NCBI RefSeq assembly: GCF_006345805.1
Contig: NC_042997.1
Location: forward strand, 198,958,001 to 199,022,000
DNA length: 64,000 nt
Reading direction: 5' to 3'
Source: Octopus sinensis
Taxonomy: Eukaryota
The notes beneath the pieces are model-generated. The model was not told where the DNA came from. It made no database searches and was given only the letters and a program-made list of their open reading frames with translations. How positions within the stretch are numbered: position 1 is the first letter of the stretch; each line of letters starts with the position of its first letter. The position numbers were made by a program, and so were the translations under genes. This document shows positions 12,215-24,944 of this stretch, one piece after another.

Positions 12215-12547
12215 GGAAATAGTTATGAAAATTGCAGTTGTGATACCAGTGCCGGTGGCACATAAAAGAACCATCCGAACGTGACTGTTGCCAGCCCCGC
12301 CTCGACCGGCCTCCATGCTGGTGGCACGTAAAAAGTACCAACTGATCGTGGCCATTGCCAGCCATGCCTGGCACGTAAAAAGCACCCACTACACTCACAG
12401 AGTGGTTGGCATTAGGAAGGGCATCCAGCTGTAGAAACACTGCCAGATCAGACTGAGCCTGGTGCAGCCTCCTGGCTTCCCAGACCCCAGTTGAACCGCC
12501 CAACCCATGCTAGCATGGAAAGCGGACGTTAAACGATGATGATGATG
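12215..12547 (+). mobile_element. SINE-like family A
   Basis: Conserved 3' region with (GAT)n tail. Confidence 0.88.
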
Positions 12548-13443
12548 AATTGGTAACCTCATTTGTCTGTATTAAAACGCTTTATTATGAGGCAATTATA
12601 ATCAGGCAAATAATGTACATATGTACTGATGTGAGTGTTCATGTGTGTAGACATCTCGTTATTTCCCTGTTGTTGTGGGACTCCATTATTCAATTCAGAA
12701 CTTTGGTTTTCCAACAAGAGAAATATGATATTGGGTTAGTTTATTGTTAAAATGTCTGAGTTAGTTATATCTTCTTTATTTTTTTACTAGCTTTAGCTCA
12801 AAACCTGCAGCCATGCTGGAGCACCACTACTTTTTGTCAAATATAATTCATTAATATGTTTTAATCATGCACTAGATTTTCCACAGTCTCTACAAATGTC
12901 TATCTGTAATGCGAGCGCTAAATACATATAGGACAACCATCATTGATCAGACGCCACTTCAAAGTGATATATTGTCTGTTGAAAGTCTATATATTTTTCT
13001 GTTAAAATTATTGCTTTCTAGCTGTCAATACTGTATTTGCAGTGAGGTGAAAGCAGTGGATAACAGAAATGATAAAGTACTAGAATAAAATGACTTGAAG
13101 TATTTAGTTTCATTCCTCTACATCTTGAGAAATTTAATCCATCTAGAATAAATAAAATCAGTGACATGAATGTCCTTGGCTAATTAAATTGTCTCTACTC
13201 TTCCCCAATACATTTGAAGTCTTGAGCCAAAGTCAGAAATCATTATAATGGTCAGAGTGCCAACTATAAATTTATGGTGTTTTAGTATATATTTTTTTAT
13301 AAGTTAAATAGTTTCACAAAGATTATAAGCCAACAAAATTCTGTTATAATTAACACTCTTAGGACAGATTAATAGTAAGAAATTTCTTCAGGTAAAAAAA
13401 CAAACAAAAGCAATGAAACACAAAACAAGAATTCTTCTAGAGA

Positions 13444-13969
13444 AAATCAAAATCAAATTCGATGACTGGCATCCATGCTAGCGGGGTGCAAAGAGCACCA
13501 TACGAGTGTGATCATTGACAGAGCGGCTAACCAGCTTCCATGCCAGTGGCACTTAAAAGGCACCATTCAAGTGTGATCGCTACCAGATTCGCATTACTGG
13601 CACTTGAGCCGCATGCTAGTAGGGTATTAAGAGCACCATCCGAGCGTGATTGTTGCCAGAGCGGCTATCTGGCCTCCGTACCACGTAAAAGACACCATTC
13701 GAGCATGATCGTTACCAGCATCACCTTACTGGTACCTGTGCCGGTAGCATGTGTAAAAGATTCGAGCGAGGTTGTTGCCAGTGCCGCCTGACTGGCACAT
13801 AAAAGCACCCACTACACTCTCGGAGTGGTTGGCGTTAGGAAGGGCACCCAGCTGTAGAAACTCTGCCAGATCAAGATTGAAGCCTGCTGCAGCCATCTGG
13901 TTCGCCAGCCCTCAGTCATTTGTCCAACCCATGCTAGCATGGAAAGTGGACGTTAAACGATGATGATGA
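13444..13969 (+). mobile_element. SINE-like family A, long form (same 5' end as the copy at 1131)
   Basis: Starts aaaatcaaaatcaaattcg, has several internal aaaagcacc units, ends gacgttaaacgatgatgatga. Confidence 0.88.
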
Positions 13970-14907
13970 AAGAGAATCCCTTCATTCAAATGTCTTGGCT
14001 CTTAATTCCCTCTAAAAGGAGTTGAATGATATTCCATTATAATTCCTAAAAAAAAAATTATTCCAGGTTTGAAACCTAGATATTCTGCCTCTTATCTACT
14101 CAGCAGATGTTTCAGTTTTTGTCATCCATGAAATCCTTGTGGAAAATAATACTCCTTTTTCCTATTTAAGTTTCCCATATCCAAGTTCATTTCCCTTCAT
14201 CTTCAGCCAGTATTAATCTTTCTTTTGCAATTTCTCTTAATGCTCCCAGAACATATGTTTTTACTTTGCTGCTGATACGTTGGAATATTAGGCATTGATG
14301 TATCTGGCAATCCTATTGTACTTACTTTGGCTTTGTATCCAACTTCTTTAAAATCTTAAAAATATATATCAGAAAAGCAGCAGACATACTTCTAAACTGA
14401 TGTAAGATATTATAAATTCTTAAATTCTCTCACAAATCTACAAGATGCTTCAAGTTTAATCTCATAATCTGTGACTTTGTAACATGTATGATGTTTCCAT
14501 ATCTATCTTAGTCCTAGTCATATGTGTGTGTGTGTGTGTGTGCGCATGTGTGTGTGTGCGTATGTGTATGTATGTTTATAATAAGTGTAGGTGGTATATG
14601 AGTGGGTATATATTTATGAAAAAGAAGTTTGAAAATGCCACTATATAAGATAAATTTTTATTTTCTTAGAAATTTTACAAGTTTCGGTTCTTCTTGAAAG
14701 AACGAACCTTATCAAAAATATTGTTAAAAGTGAAGAGTAATTAAAAAGTTCATAATTGTTTCTTACTGGTCTCAACAGAATCCACATGGTTTTTTTTTTT
14801 TTTTGTGGGGGAGAGCATAACAGCTGTCTTGTATGTTGACTAAAGTTGGGGAAATGACCAGTGGCCGAAATATAATTTTTCCTTACTTAATGTTTAGTTA
14901 AAGGATT

Positions 14908-15297
14908 TTCTCTTTACTCAGTTACTCTTTTAATTGTTTCACTCATTTGATTGCAGCCATGCTGGAGCACCGCCTTTAGTCGAGAAAATTGACCCCGGGA
15001 CTTATTCTTTGTAAGCCTGGTATTTATTCTATTGTTCTCTTTTGCTGAACCACTAAGTTACAGGGACGTAAACACACCAGCATCGGTTGTCAAACACAGA
15101 CACACACACACACGCACATATATACATATATACAACGGGCTTCTTTCAGTTTCCATCTACCAATTCCACTCACAAGGCTTTGGTTGGCCCGAGGCTATAG
15201 TAGGAGACACTTTCCCAAGGTGCCATGCAGTGGGACTGAACCTGGAACCATGTGGTTGGTAAGCAAGCTACTTACCATGCAGCCACTCCTGTGCCTG
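14908..15297 (-). mobile_element. tRNA-derived SINE family B
   Basis: Full-length match. Confidence 0.9.
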
Positions 15298-15299
15298 TA

Positions 15300-16160
15300 A
15301 TTGTTGGTGAGTATTGAGAAAGGGATTATGTCCATGGACTTTGCAGCCTCTCCTAAATCAGTATGACTGATGCCCTTAATGTTCTTTTTGAACCTTTGTA
15401 AGCCAACAGTTGCAAGAAGATATGAGCAGGGAAGAAATTCCAGAAGGGCTGCATTCTGGGAAGGAAAAACTGGGTGTGGTGATTAGTACAGGGACTGGAG
15501 ATTGGTTACAACAAAAGTATTGAAAGTAAGAAAGATTAGTGGGTTTTGAATGGTGACTTGGAGACAGAAAAGCCCAACAAACTCCAAGAAATAGGGACCA
15601 TTATTATACAGATGAAAAAATAGAAAAAATAGTGTACCTGTGGACCAGATGTCAAGGGTGTTTATGAGTCGTTTTATGTCAATGTCTGTGAGTAGCAGCA
15701 GCTGTTCAAGAATTTGGACCTGAGATCTCCATTTCCAGCGACTTCGAGGGCCACCTCCCAGTGGTGTTGGGTGTCAACGAAGAACCCTCGACTACAACAA
15801 GATGACCAAAGTTTTTTTTTTTTTCCAAGGTCTGGGGTCTCCCACTCCTAAGCCCTAGACCACCACCTAATCACCCTTACCCGTCTTGTTGCTTAACAAC
15901 AACAACAGCAGAGCAGCAGCATCTCTAATGTGAGAGCAGTACTCCAGTGTAGGCTTTACTTGGACTTTATAGAGTATCAATGACTCTTGGTAGCTGGAGA
16001 CTCTTATGGCTTTAAAGATGAAAGCTAGTCATTGGGATGCTGTCCTAGCAATATTAAGGTTGTGCTTGTGTCAGGCAAGATCCTTGCTGATTGTGAGACT
16101 CAACAATGAGGGTGTCTGCGAGGACCCTAGTTGACTCATGAGTAAGGTGGGTGTGGTATG
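15300..16160 (-). mobile_element. Crack/L2-group LINE 3' fragment, interrupted at 15705-15906
   Basis: Minus frames LTISKDLA*HKHNLNIARTASQ*LAFIFK...LILYKVQVKPTLEYCSHI and QFFLPRMQPFWNFFPAHIF..TVGLQRFKKNIKGI correspond to Crack/Daphne RT C-terminal motifs (LYK.QIRP.LEYCS, FFPR...WN.LP..F...L..FK). Confidence 0.8.
15705..15906 (+). mobile_element. ~195-200 bp structured retroposon with (AAC)n tail, copy 1
   Basis: Closely matches the reverse complement of 20296-20491. It splits the LINE, with agcagcagc repeated on both flanks. Confidence 0.75.
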
Positions 16161-16571
16161 ATGATGCTTTCCTGGTAAGTGTAACATTTGTGTTTTCTTG
16201 TTGTTGAAAGAGACAAAATTGATTTATATTGGGGATATGTATGTGGGGTCAGTGTGTATTTCACATGTAATGTAAATATAGTTAATTACAAATTTTGGGG
16301 CCCCACTGCATTTTGTCAGCACACAGAAATTATATTTTCTTCATGCAGAGGATGTCTGGAACATTTCACCAATTTGTTATTTTTAGTTGTCAAATCAATC
16401 AATGTTTGTCCGCTTAAAATGTTATATGTGACACACGTCTAAGATTTGGTCATATTGTACTTCACTGAAGGGGTAAAATAATACAAAAGCATATCTAAAG
16501 TTGTCACTCTACTTGCTACTTGAAGTATGTTGGACTACACTTAACTATATATTGTTTGCGCAGAAGCAGGT

Positions 16572-16930
16572 ATGCAGGAGTGGCTGTGTGGTAAGTAGCT
16601 TGCTTACCAGCCACATGGTTCTGGGTTCAGTCCTACTGCATTGCACCTTGGGCAAGTGTTTTCTACTATAGCCTCGAACTGACCAAAGCCTTGTGAGTGG
16701 ATTTGGTAGACGGAAACTGAAAGAAGCCTGTCGTATATACATATATGTATATGCTTGTGTGTCTGTGTTTGTCTCCCTTACCATTGCTTGACAATCGATG
16801 TTGGTGTGTTTATGTCCCCGTAACAATAGCAGTTCAGCAAAAGAGACCGATAGAATAAGTACTTGGGGTCGATCTGTTGGACTAAAAGTGGTGCTCCAGC
16901 ATGACCGCAGTCAAATGACTGAAACAATCA
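16572..16930 (+). mobile_element. tRNA-derived SINE family B
   Basis: Full-length match. Confidence 0.9.
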
Positions 16931-17730
16931 AATAACAGGAAGCCATCACTGGGAAATTTCCTCTAGTTATTATATTTTAGTATTTCACTTGTGTTATTTA
17001 ATAATTACAGTAGGCATAATTAAGAATTTGGACAAGTTTGTACAATTTTTTACCTGAAATTGAAGAAGTTTGAATATTGCTTTGAAATTATATTTAGCAG
17101 ATTGTATACTTCTGTGTAACATATCGCTTCTTGTTTGACATTTATCATTTTTTTATATTGACCCTAACATAATCAAATATCATCTCTAATTACTTTGTCT
17201 CTACGTATACTTGCTGTATCTGTGTTTTGATTGTTACTTATCATTATACATTTCAAAATATCTCATCTGTTTGCTGTGCATATCAGTAATATTTTCTTTT
17301 TATGTATTTGGATCCTTACATCTAATATATCATCTCTTACTCAATTAGCTTGTGTATTCAGTAGATCTCTGAAGCCCATCGATGCATCAAAGCAACCACA
17401 TTTACATCCATTCCTTGTCAGTTACAGCACAACCTTTCCTTTCATCTGCAATGCTTCGTTACATCACCAGAGTCATAATGCATAAATCATAAAGCATAGT
17501 TTTTATTCAAAAACGAATTTGCTATTGATGTCAGCATTACTTCTGTCGATAGTTTTCACATGTTCCAATGAAGTTCCTTAACAAATCTTGGTTATTTGTG
17601 TTGTATAAACTTATCTCACATAGATTCCTTTACCTTTCTCTACAAATGATGATATGCATTTATATAAATAGACAATGGATTGTATTATCTTATAATGAAG
17701 CTTATATATTGATATCCAAAGACACAATAT

Positions 17731-18090
17731 GCTCAGGTGTGACTGAGTTGTGAAATGCTTGCTTCTTTCCCACATGGGTCCAGGTTCAATTCCACCGAAT
17801 GGCACTTTGGGTAAGAGTCTGACAAAAGCCTTATGAGTGGATGTAGCTGACAGAAACTGAAAGAAGCCTGTCGTGTGTGTGTGTGGGGGATTGTGTGTGT
17901 TTGTGTCCCCCACCCCACTGCTTGACAACTGGGGTTGGTTTGTGTGTGTCCCCGTAACTTAGAAGTTCAACAAAAAAGACTAAGTATTAAGTTTTAAAAA
18001 AGTACTGGGGTTGATTCACTCAACTAAAAGCCCTTCAAGGTGGTGCCCCGACATGGCCACAATCCAATGATTGAAACAAATGAAAGATAA
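17731..18090 (+). mobile_element. tRNA-derived SINE family B, diverged
   Basis: Head and body recognisable; internal deletion after gggtaagagtct. Confidence 0.8.
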
Positions 18091-18154
18091 ATGATACACA
18101 CTCTCGTAAAGAATATAAACATCTGTATATTGAAGACACAACCCTGATATATTC

Positions 18155-18805
18155 TTTTCTACTCTTGGCACAAGGCCTGAAATTTTGGGGGAGGGGGGAC
18201 CAGTTGATTAAATCGACTTCAGTATGCAACTGGTACTTAATTTATCGACCCCGAAAGGATGAAAGGCAAAATCGACCTTGGCAGAATTTGAACTCAGAAT
18301 GTAAAGGCAAATGAAATACCTATTTCTTTACTACCCACAAGGGGCTACACACAGAGGGGACAAACAAGGACATACAAACGGATTAAGTCGATTATATCAA
18401 TCCCAGTGCGTAACTGATACTTAATTTATTGACCCTGAAAGGATGAAAAGCAAAGTCGACCTTGGCAGAATTTGAACTCAGAATGTAAAGGCAAACGACA
18501 TACCGCTAAGCATTTTGCCCGGCGTGCTAACATTTCTGCCAGCTTGCCACCTTATAACCTTAATATATTTATTTCTTTATTGCCCACAGGGGGCTAAACA
18601 TATAGGGGACAAATAAGGACAAACAAAGGGATTAAGTCGATTACATCGACTGCTGTGCATAACAGGTACTTATTTAATCGATCCCGAAAGGATGAAAAGT
18701 AATGTCGACCATGGCAGAATTTAAACTCAGAATGTAAAAGCAGACGAAATACTGCTAAGCGTTTCGTCCGGCATGCTAACATTTCTGCCAGCTCGCCATC
18801 ATACA
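18155..18805 (-). mobile_element. Family C SINE dimer (18155-18555) plus adjacent monomer (18570-18805)
   Basis: Three consecutive cgaccccgaaaggatgaaaggcaaagtcgacc units. Confidence 0.88.
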
Positions 18806-19512
18806 ACCTCAATATATTGTGGGTTCTTGGGTTAACTGTTGGGAAATTGAAGGCAAATTTAGCATTTCAGCGTCTTGAAGACTGGGATTCAGAACCAAAA
18901 GCCATTCGATTAAATGTTTTGATCTCTCTAATATGATTTTCTTTATTTCCATTTTAAAATTCCTTTCCAAAGTCAGTCATTCATAATGAGTAATGTGTAT
19001 AGCTATTCTTTTGGGAAATTTCTTTAACAAATTAGTTTTAAAATAAATAAATAAATAAATAGCTAGGAAATACTAAGATTTTCATCTGGGAGTATGCGTA
19101 TTCATTATGAGTAATTTCACTTACTGCAAACTCGTTTTTGCTTAAAGCAGCTTCTGTTTATCTAGAAGTATATTAATTGATCGAATAGTGATATACCATG
19201 GATAGTGCAGTACATGAACTGCAGATCGGTTGCCCTTAACAACCTGAGAAGCAGTAGCGAGTCATCTTCAGATATACATTTAAATTCATTATGATAAGTG
19301 TTGGAAAGAAGTAAATATTCTCCTAGCCTAACTACATCATTAAGAGTTTATTGTTTAAAAACAGATAATATTCATATTTCTTGGGAAATCTGTGCCAATA
19401 TTAACCATTTGAAGACTGATATAAAAATATTTATTTTTCTATCATACCTTTTTTAAGTAATCAATAAATAACACTCGAAAGTCAATTGTATTATAACTCT
19501 TAATATTGATCA

Positions 19513-19835
19513 GCCCTTTTGCATTCAGATTCCTCTCTCAAATCCTATCACTTGTTTATTCATATTCATCATCATCATTTAATGTCCACTTTCCATTGTA
19601 GCATGGGTTGGACGATTTGACTGAGGGCTGGCGAACCAGATGGCTGCACCAGGCTCCAATCATGCATTATCTCATAGCTTCAAAATTTTAAATGATGTGA
19701 TTGTGTATTTTTAGAATGACATTGTAGGATAGGTGTGAAAGGCCACATCTAGATGGTTTGAACATAAAACAAGGTAGCATATTTGGGGCCGGATATTACC
19801 AGATTAAATGTTAAAGTATAAAGGCTTAATGAAAA
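19513..19835 (-). mobile_element. piggyBac-type MITE family P1, interrupted by a family A fragment (19565-19660)
   Basis: The reverse complement matches 10073-10670 and 47284-47400 (tacaatgtcattctaaaaatacacaatcacatcatt...gagataatgcatg). Confidence 0.75.
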
Positions 19836-19924
19836 ACTATGAAATTTTTCAAGATTTGTTGAAACCAGGGGACCAGACTCCTGGCAGTTTGCTGTGCTTG
19901 AAAGACACATCAAGCTAAATAAAA

Positions 19925-20110
19925 GTTGCCATGATAGATCGGTAGCCACTACACACATTTTTTTCTATCCTTGTTTTTTTCTGTGTCCCTTTCTGTAGGC
20001 TCGAAATGTAAAAGACTTTTTCTATTCCTGAGCGTAATACTAATACATCTGTTTGTTTTGTACACCACCTGTCTTTGTCTTTTGTTTTTTCTTTTTGTGA
20101 ACTCACCCTA
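19925..20110 (+). mobile_element. Penelope-type terminal-repeat fragment (hammerhead core deleted)
   Basis: Homologous to 42575-42690 (gatagatcggtagccactacacaca...ggctcgaaa.gt.aaagactttt) but lacks 10 bp of the ribozyme core. Confidence 0.6.
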
Positions 20111-20179
20111 AATAAAATTGTGGTTGCTCTGGCATACAGACTCATCCCCTACAACCCTCTCCAGCTGAATGTGTATCCC

Positions 20180-20625
20180 TGATCTTGCAAGCTTGTAGGT
20201 GCTGGGATCACATAAAAAGCATTCATGCCAGTGCTGCATAAAAACAGCCAGTTCACTCTGTAAAGTGGTTGATGTTAGGAAGGGCATCCTGCTGTTGTTT
20301 TTAAGCGACAAGACAGGTAAGGGTGATTAGGTGATGGTCTAGGGCTTAGGGGCGGGAGACCCCAGACCTTGGAAAAAAAAACTTTGGTCGTCTTGTTGTA
20401 GTCGAGGGCTCTTCATTGATGCCCGACACCACTGGGAGGTGGCCCTCGAAATCACTGGAAATGGAGATCTCCAGGTCCAAATTCTTGAAAAGCATCCAGC
20501 TGTAGAAATCACGCCAAAACAGACAGGGAGCCTGAACAGCCCTTCAACTGGTCGGCTTCTGTCAAACAGTCAAACCCATGCCAGCATGGAAAACAAACAT
20601 TAAACGATGATGTTGATTATGATGA
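20180..20625 (+). mobile_element. SINE-like family A interrupted by the structured retroposon
   Basis: The consensus gttaggaagggcatccagctgtagaaa is split at 20295/20492. Confidence 0.75.
20296..20491 (-). mobile_element. ~195 bp structured retroposon, copy 2
   Basis: 12-bp TSD gcatcctgctgt (20284-20295) / gcatccagctgt (20492-20503). Confidence 0.8.
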
Positions 20626-20749
20626 ACCGATCACTATTAGTAGAAAATAGCTGTTTGTCATCAGGGTATCAGATGTTTTAACACAGCCATTTTAGTGTCA
20701 CCTATTCAGCATTGCCTATTCAACACTGACTTATTTGATATCAGATGTT

Positions 20750-20960
20750 TTAACCTTTTTGTTACCAACCCGGCTCTGGCTCTGTAGTATTAATTTCTTG
20801 TTTTCATAATTTTTTATTAAAATCTTCCACCAAACCTTAGTTGCAATTTATGTTCCTAAAACTAGCTGAATGATAACTAAGTTATTTTACTAGATTCTTT
20901 ATTATATTTAAAATAATTGAAAGAAACACAGAGCATCTTAAAATAAATATAGTAACGAAA
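20750..20960 (+). mobile_element. piggyBac-type MITE family P2 (right end eroded)
   Basis: TTAA-ccttttt start; the body matches 45490-45710 and 45731-45950. Confidence 0.75.
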
Positions 20961-21254
20961 TGTTTTTTGTTTAAATGTTTCTCTTGTTCTCTTCTTCCCT
21001 CTCTCTTTCTGTTTGTTTATGTGTGTGAGCACCTAATTATGCTTGCATGTGTATGGAACCTATATAGTAACTTTATAAACAGGGTTCGTTTAGTTGATTC
21101 TCGGTAGATTGAAAGAAAATAAGCAACCTTAATTGATTTTCAAATCTTATTGGATTCCTATCAGAGGCGTCTACATCAATTTGAGAAACATACAACCAAT
21201 CTGTTTACATACTCAAACAATTAGTCATCGTCATCATCATCTTTTAATATCAGG

Positions 21255-21672
21255 TGGAACTGGCATCGACCACGCTCGAATGGTGCTTTTTATGTGTCAC
21301 CAGTGAGGGAGTCAGTCACGTAGCATTGGCACTGACCATGCTCAAATGGTGCTCTTTACATGCTACTGGTACAGGAGTTAGTCAGGTAGCACAGGCATCA
21401 ACCATGCTTGTATTATGCCTTTTACGTGCCACCAGCACAGAAGGCAGTCAGGCGGCATTAGCATCAACCATGCTTGTATGGTACTTTATACGTACCACTG
21501 GCACGGGTGCGAGTCAGGAGGCATGGCATTGACCACACTCAAATGGTGCTTTTTACAGGTCACCAGCATGGGAGCCAGTCAAACAGCACTAGCATCAGCC
21601 ACGCTCAAATGGTGCTTCTTACGTGCCACTGGCATGGGAGTCAGTCAGGTGGCACTGGCATCAGCCACAGTT
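21255..21672 (-). repeat. Seven ~66-bp tandem units, the internal minisatellite of family A
   Basis: Unit starts at about 21261, 21328, 21394, 21460, 21525, 21591 and 21657; core aatggtgctttttacgtgccac. Confidence 0.85.
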
Positions 21673-21967
21673 TCAGAAAACTGGGGCTTCTAATTTGAAT
21701 ACCATGTTTTCTCTCTATCTATCTATCTCTTTCTATCTCTTTGTCCATTTCCACACACACCAGTTTACTTCTAGCACCAAAATGTACAGTCCCCAAAACA
21801 CTGAATGCCCATTTGGCCATGCCACATCATCATCATCCAAACAGCCAGGCCCAGTTGTCTCATTCTATTATCATCAAGCTTCTTATTTCATATTATTGTA
21901 AATCATAAAACGGTTTAGATTGCAGTTTTATTGTTTTAAAGGTTTTCATATTATTTAAATAACTGTG

Positions 21968-22300
21968 GCACTGCATGGCACCTTGGGCAAGTGTCTTCTA
22001 CTATAGCCTCGGGCTGACCAAAGTGTTTTGAGTGGATTTGGTAGATGGAAACTGAAAGAAGCCCGTCGTGTATATGTATATATATGTGTATGTGTGTCTG
22101 TGTTTCTCCCCACAACATTGCTTGACAACCGATGTTGGTGTGTTTACTTCACCCGTAACTTAGCGGTTCGGCAAAAGAGACCGATAGAATAAGTATTAGG
22201 CTTACAAAGAATAAGTCCTGGGGTTGATTTGCTCAACTAATGGTGGTGCTCCAGCATGGCTGCAGTCAAATGACTGAAACCAGAAAAAGAGTAAAAGAGA
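21968..22300 (+). mobile_element. tRNA-derived SINE family B, 5' truncated
   Basis: Runs from actgcatggcaccttgggcaag to the tail aaagagtaaaagag. Confidence 0.88.
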
Positions 22301-22947
22301 ATGGTATTTCATATTTTTGTGTTGTATATTCTATTTTCCGTTTTAGCAACTTGGAAACTGAAAGTTTTTGATTTCTAGCATTTTTGGCTGAAACTCGTTT
22401 TGTTGACTTGTTAGTGACTCTTTCATTCTTAATCATCACCATAGTAATAAATACTTTGCTGTGTTTGCATGCATACGATAGCGCCAAAGATGTCATTTCA
22501 TTCCATACATCACAATCTGACATCGAATCTGAGATTACCTAATTTTCAAATCAATTCATGTTGGCTCTTCCTTACTCAACTGGTTCTTATTGTTATTTTT
22601 TAGTAAATGTACCACTACTAACTCACAGCATTTTTCTATACATCATCTATTCATGCACCATTTTAGAGACATGAGCATCTTTAACTGTTTGCATATGCTA
22701 CAACCACTAAAATCAGACAATTATCAAATCACTGCTTCAGTCCTGGTTGCTTTCAACATAACATTCAAAAAGAGCCTAACTAGAAAATATGAAGTAAAGA
22801 AAGGTCTTATGGATCCTAGTTGAGAACAACTGATGTAGAGAAAAATAAAATTCTTCTTTTCGTATGACCCTTGGGGATCCTTGGGGATCCACATAAGATT
22901 TCGTTGCTAAAATTGAAGTGCATTAAACAGGTTATATTTCTACAATA

Positions 22948-23262
22948 GTCACGTGGCTTAGTGGTTAGGGGCATTCGGCTCATGATCTTACGATCATGAG
23001 TTCAATTCTCAGCAACACGTTGTGTCCTTGAGCAAGACACTTTATTTCACGTTGCTCCAGTCCACTCAGCAGGCAAAAATGAGTAGTACCTGTATTTCAA
23101 AGGGCCAGCCTTGTCACACTCTGTGTCACGCTGAATCTCCTTGAAAATTATGTTAGGGGTACACGTGTCTGTGGATTGCTCAACCACTTACACACTAATT
23201 TCAGGAGCAAGCTGTTCCATTGATAGTATCAGCTGGGACCCTCATCATCGTAACTGACAGTG
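22948..23262 (+). mobile_element. tRNA-derived SINE family E, full length
   Basis: acgtggcttagtggttagggcattcggc...gagttcaattc...gtgtccttgagcaagacac...ctcatcatcgtaactgac. Confidence 0.88.
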
Positions 23263-23339
23263 CTCTATTTTTTTTTTTTTACTTCTACAATACACAAAAT
23301 ATTTAACAATTTTTTAAATACAATTCTTTGTCCACAGCA

Positions 23340-23540
23340 GAAGTGTTAAGGACACTCCACTCTCCTACCAGAGAGGATTGGCCTGCAAGAGTCCAGGGCC
23401 TGTGCCACATAAAAAGCACTTAGACCAATGCCACATAAAAGTGCTCATGCGATGTCATGTAGAACCATCCAGCACATTCTGTAAAGTCATTGTCGTTATG
23501 AAGAGTATCCAGCCATAGAAACTATACCAAATCAGAGTGG
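23340..23540 (+). mobile_element. Family A fragment abutting the truncated mariner
   Basis: Contains ccacataaaaagcac units and gaagagtatccagccatagaaac. Confidence 0.6.
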
Positions 23541-24213
23541 AGTCTGTACAGGCACCATTTATCGTCACCAGTAACGATTCGGTAAAGAAATTGTTGCTTG
23601 TGTCCATGAGTTGAGTGGTGATGAGCAAGCAAACCAGTGGAGATTGCGGCTCATCTATTTTGTCACTTAAAGCATGTGGAACCCATGCTCCATAATTCTG
23701 AACCTTTCCTATAGAGTAAAGATACTTCTCTATAGCAGTGTGGGAGCATTCCATTTTCTCTGCAAGTTCCCTTGTTGTTTGACGAGAATTTTCATGCTAA
23801 AGTTGGTTTAATCGCTCTTCATCGAACTCAACTGGATGGCCAGAATGAGGTGTGTCTTTGAGGTCAAAATTTCCATTTTTGAAGTTGGCATACCAATCAT
23901 GAGTAGTTCTTTCAGCTATGGCACCCTCTCCATACATAGCACAAATGTTGCAAGCAACTTTTGTGACTTTAGAACCTTGATTAAAAGCAAAAAGAAGGAG
24001 GTGTCGAAAATGCTCATTTTTCTTAACTTGACATTCCATTTTAATGATCTAAAAATAAACAAAAATTAACTAAAATTAACTAGAAAAAAAAAAAGATCCC
24101 AAAATGATTTAAAAATAGAATTCTCGAAAAAAAATAGATTCCAAAATTTAAATATGCAATAAATTCCAAAATTAAAAAAAAAAAACAGTGGGAACTTAGT
24201 TGCCAACCCAATA
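23541..24213 (-). mobile_element. mariner element, 5' half with one TIR; transposase pseudogene
   Basis: TIR tattgggttggcaactaagt at 24194-24213. Translation MECQVKKNEHFRHLLLFAFNQG...GHPVEFDEERLNQL...WVPHALS...YRIVTGDDKWCLY contains WVPH.L and the first catalytic D; it has frameshifts and is truncated. Confidence 0.92.
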
Positions 24214-24944
24214 AATATTTGGCAGGCTTCCTACAACTTCCAGATACCAAATTCCCTTTAAGGAGTTCGGTCAGCTCAAAGTGCTGTGCAGTGGAACCAA
24301 ATTCAAAACCACAAGGTGAAGAAGCAAGCTTCTTACCCACACAGCCATACTTGCACCTAAAACCAAAAATCTAAACCACGCATGATAGTGTTTCACGCTA
24401 CCATACCCAAACCCCCAAACCACTAATAGACATCAATATAAGAATTAATTTGAGACAGAAAAAAAGAAACAGACAACTTAGACAACTGGTGGAACTTGGA
24501 GCTTGTTTCTATCAGTGTGAGATACAAACATAGTCTGTTTCCTGTCAGAAGGTTTGTTTCTCTGTTATGTTTCAAAAAGGTACTTTTAATCTCCAATATC
24601 ATTTAAATTCAAATATTGACAGTTAATTCATAATGATAACCTGAAATTCTCAACCGTATTTTGAAAATCATCCCTGAAGATTATGGTTGAACTCAAAGAA
24701 ATGACAGTTATAAGATGAATAATGTATAATTTATAGTTACTTTTTGTTTTTTTGGTCTTTTTTTAATCTTATTTTTGGTTGAACTATATGATCTTTCAAA
24801 CAACATTATACTGTGTGGTGGGGTTGTGTGTGTAAGCATATATATATGCTTAAAAATGTATGTACAAATTTATACATATATACCTATATATATGTGTGTG
24901 GGTGTGTGCCCACGTGCATATGTGTGTGTGTGTGTGTCTGTGTC

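Noticed and set aside
21255-21672. CRISPR-like array of regularly spaced repeats
   Set aside because: The units are contiguous, mutually similar over their whole length with no unique spacers, belong to SINE family A, and the context is eukaryotic.
22266-22523. Lys-rich 85-aa ORF
   Set aside because: It runs into a family B SINE tail, has no recognisable domain, and its composition reflects an A-rich strand.
22948-23015. tRNA genes at SINE heads (families B-E)
   Set aside because: Only A/B-box-like remnants are present; there is no full cloverleaf or acceptor stem, and each continues into a SINE body.
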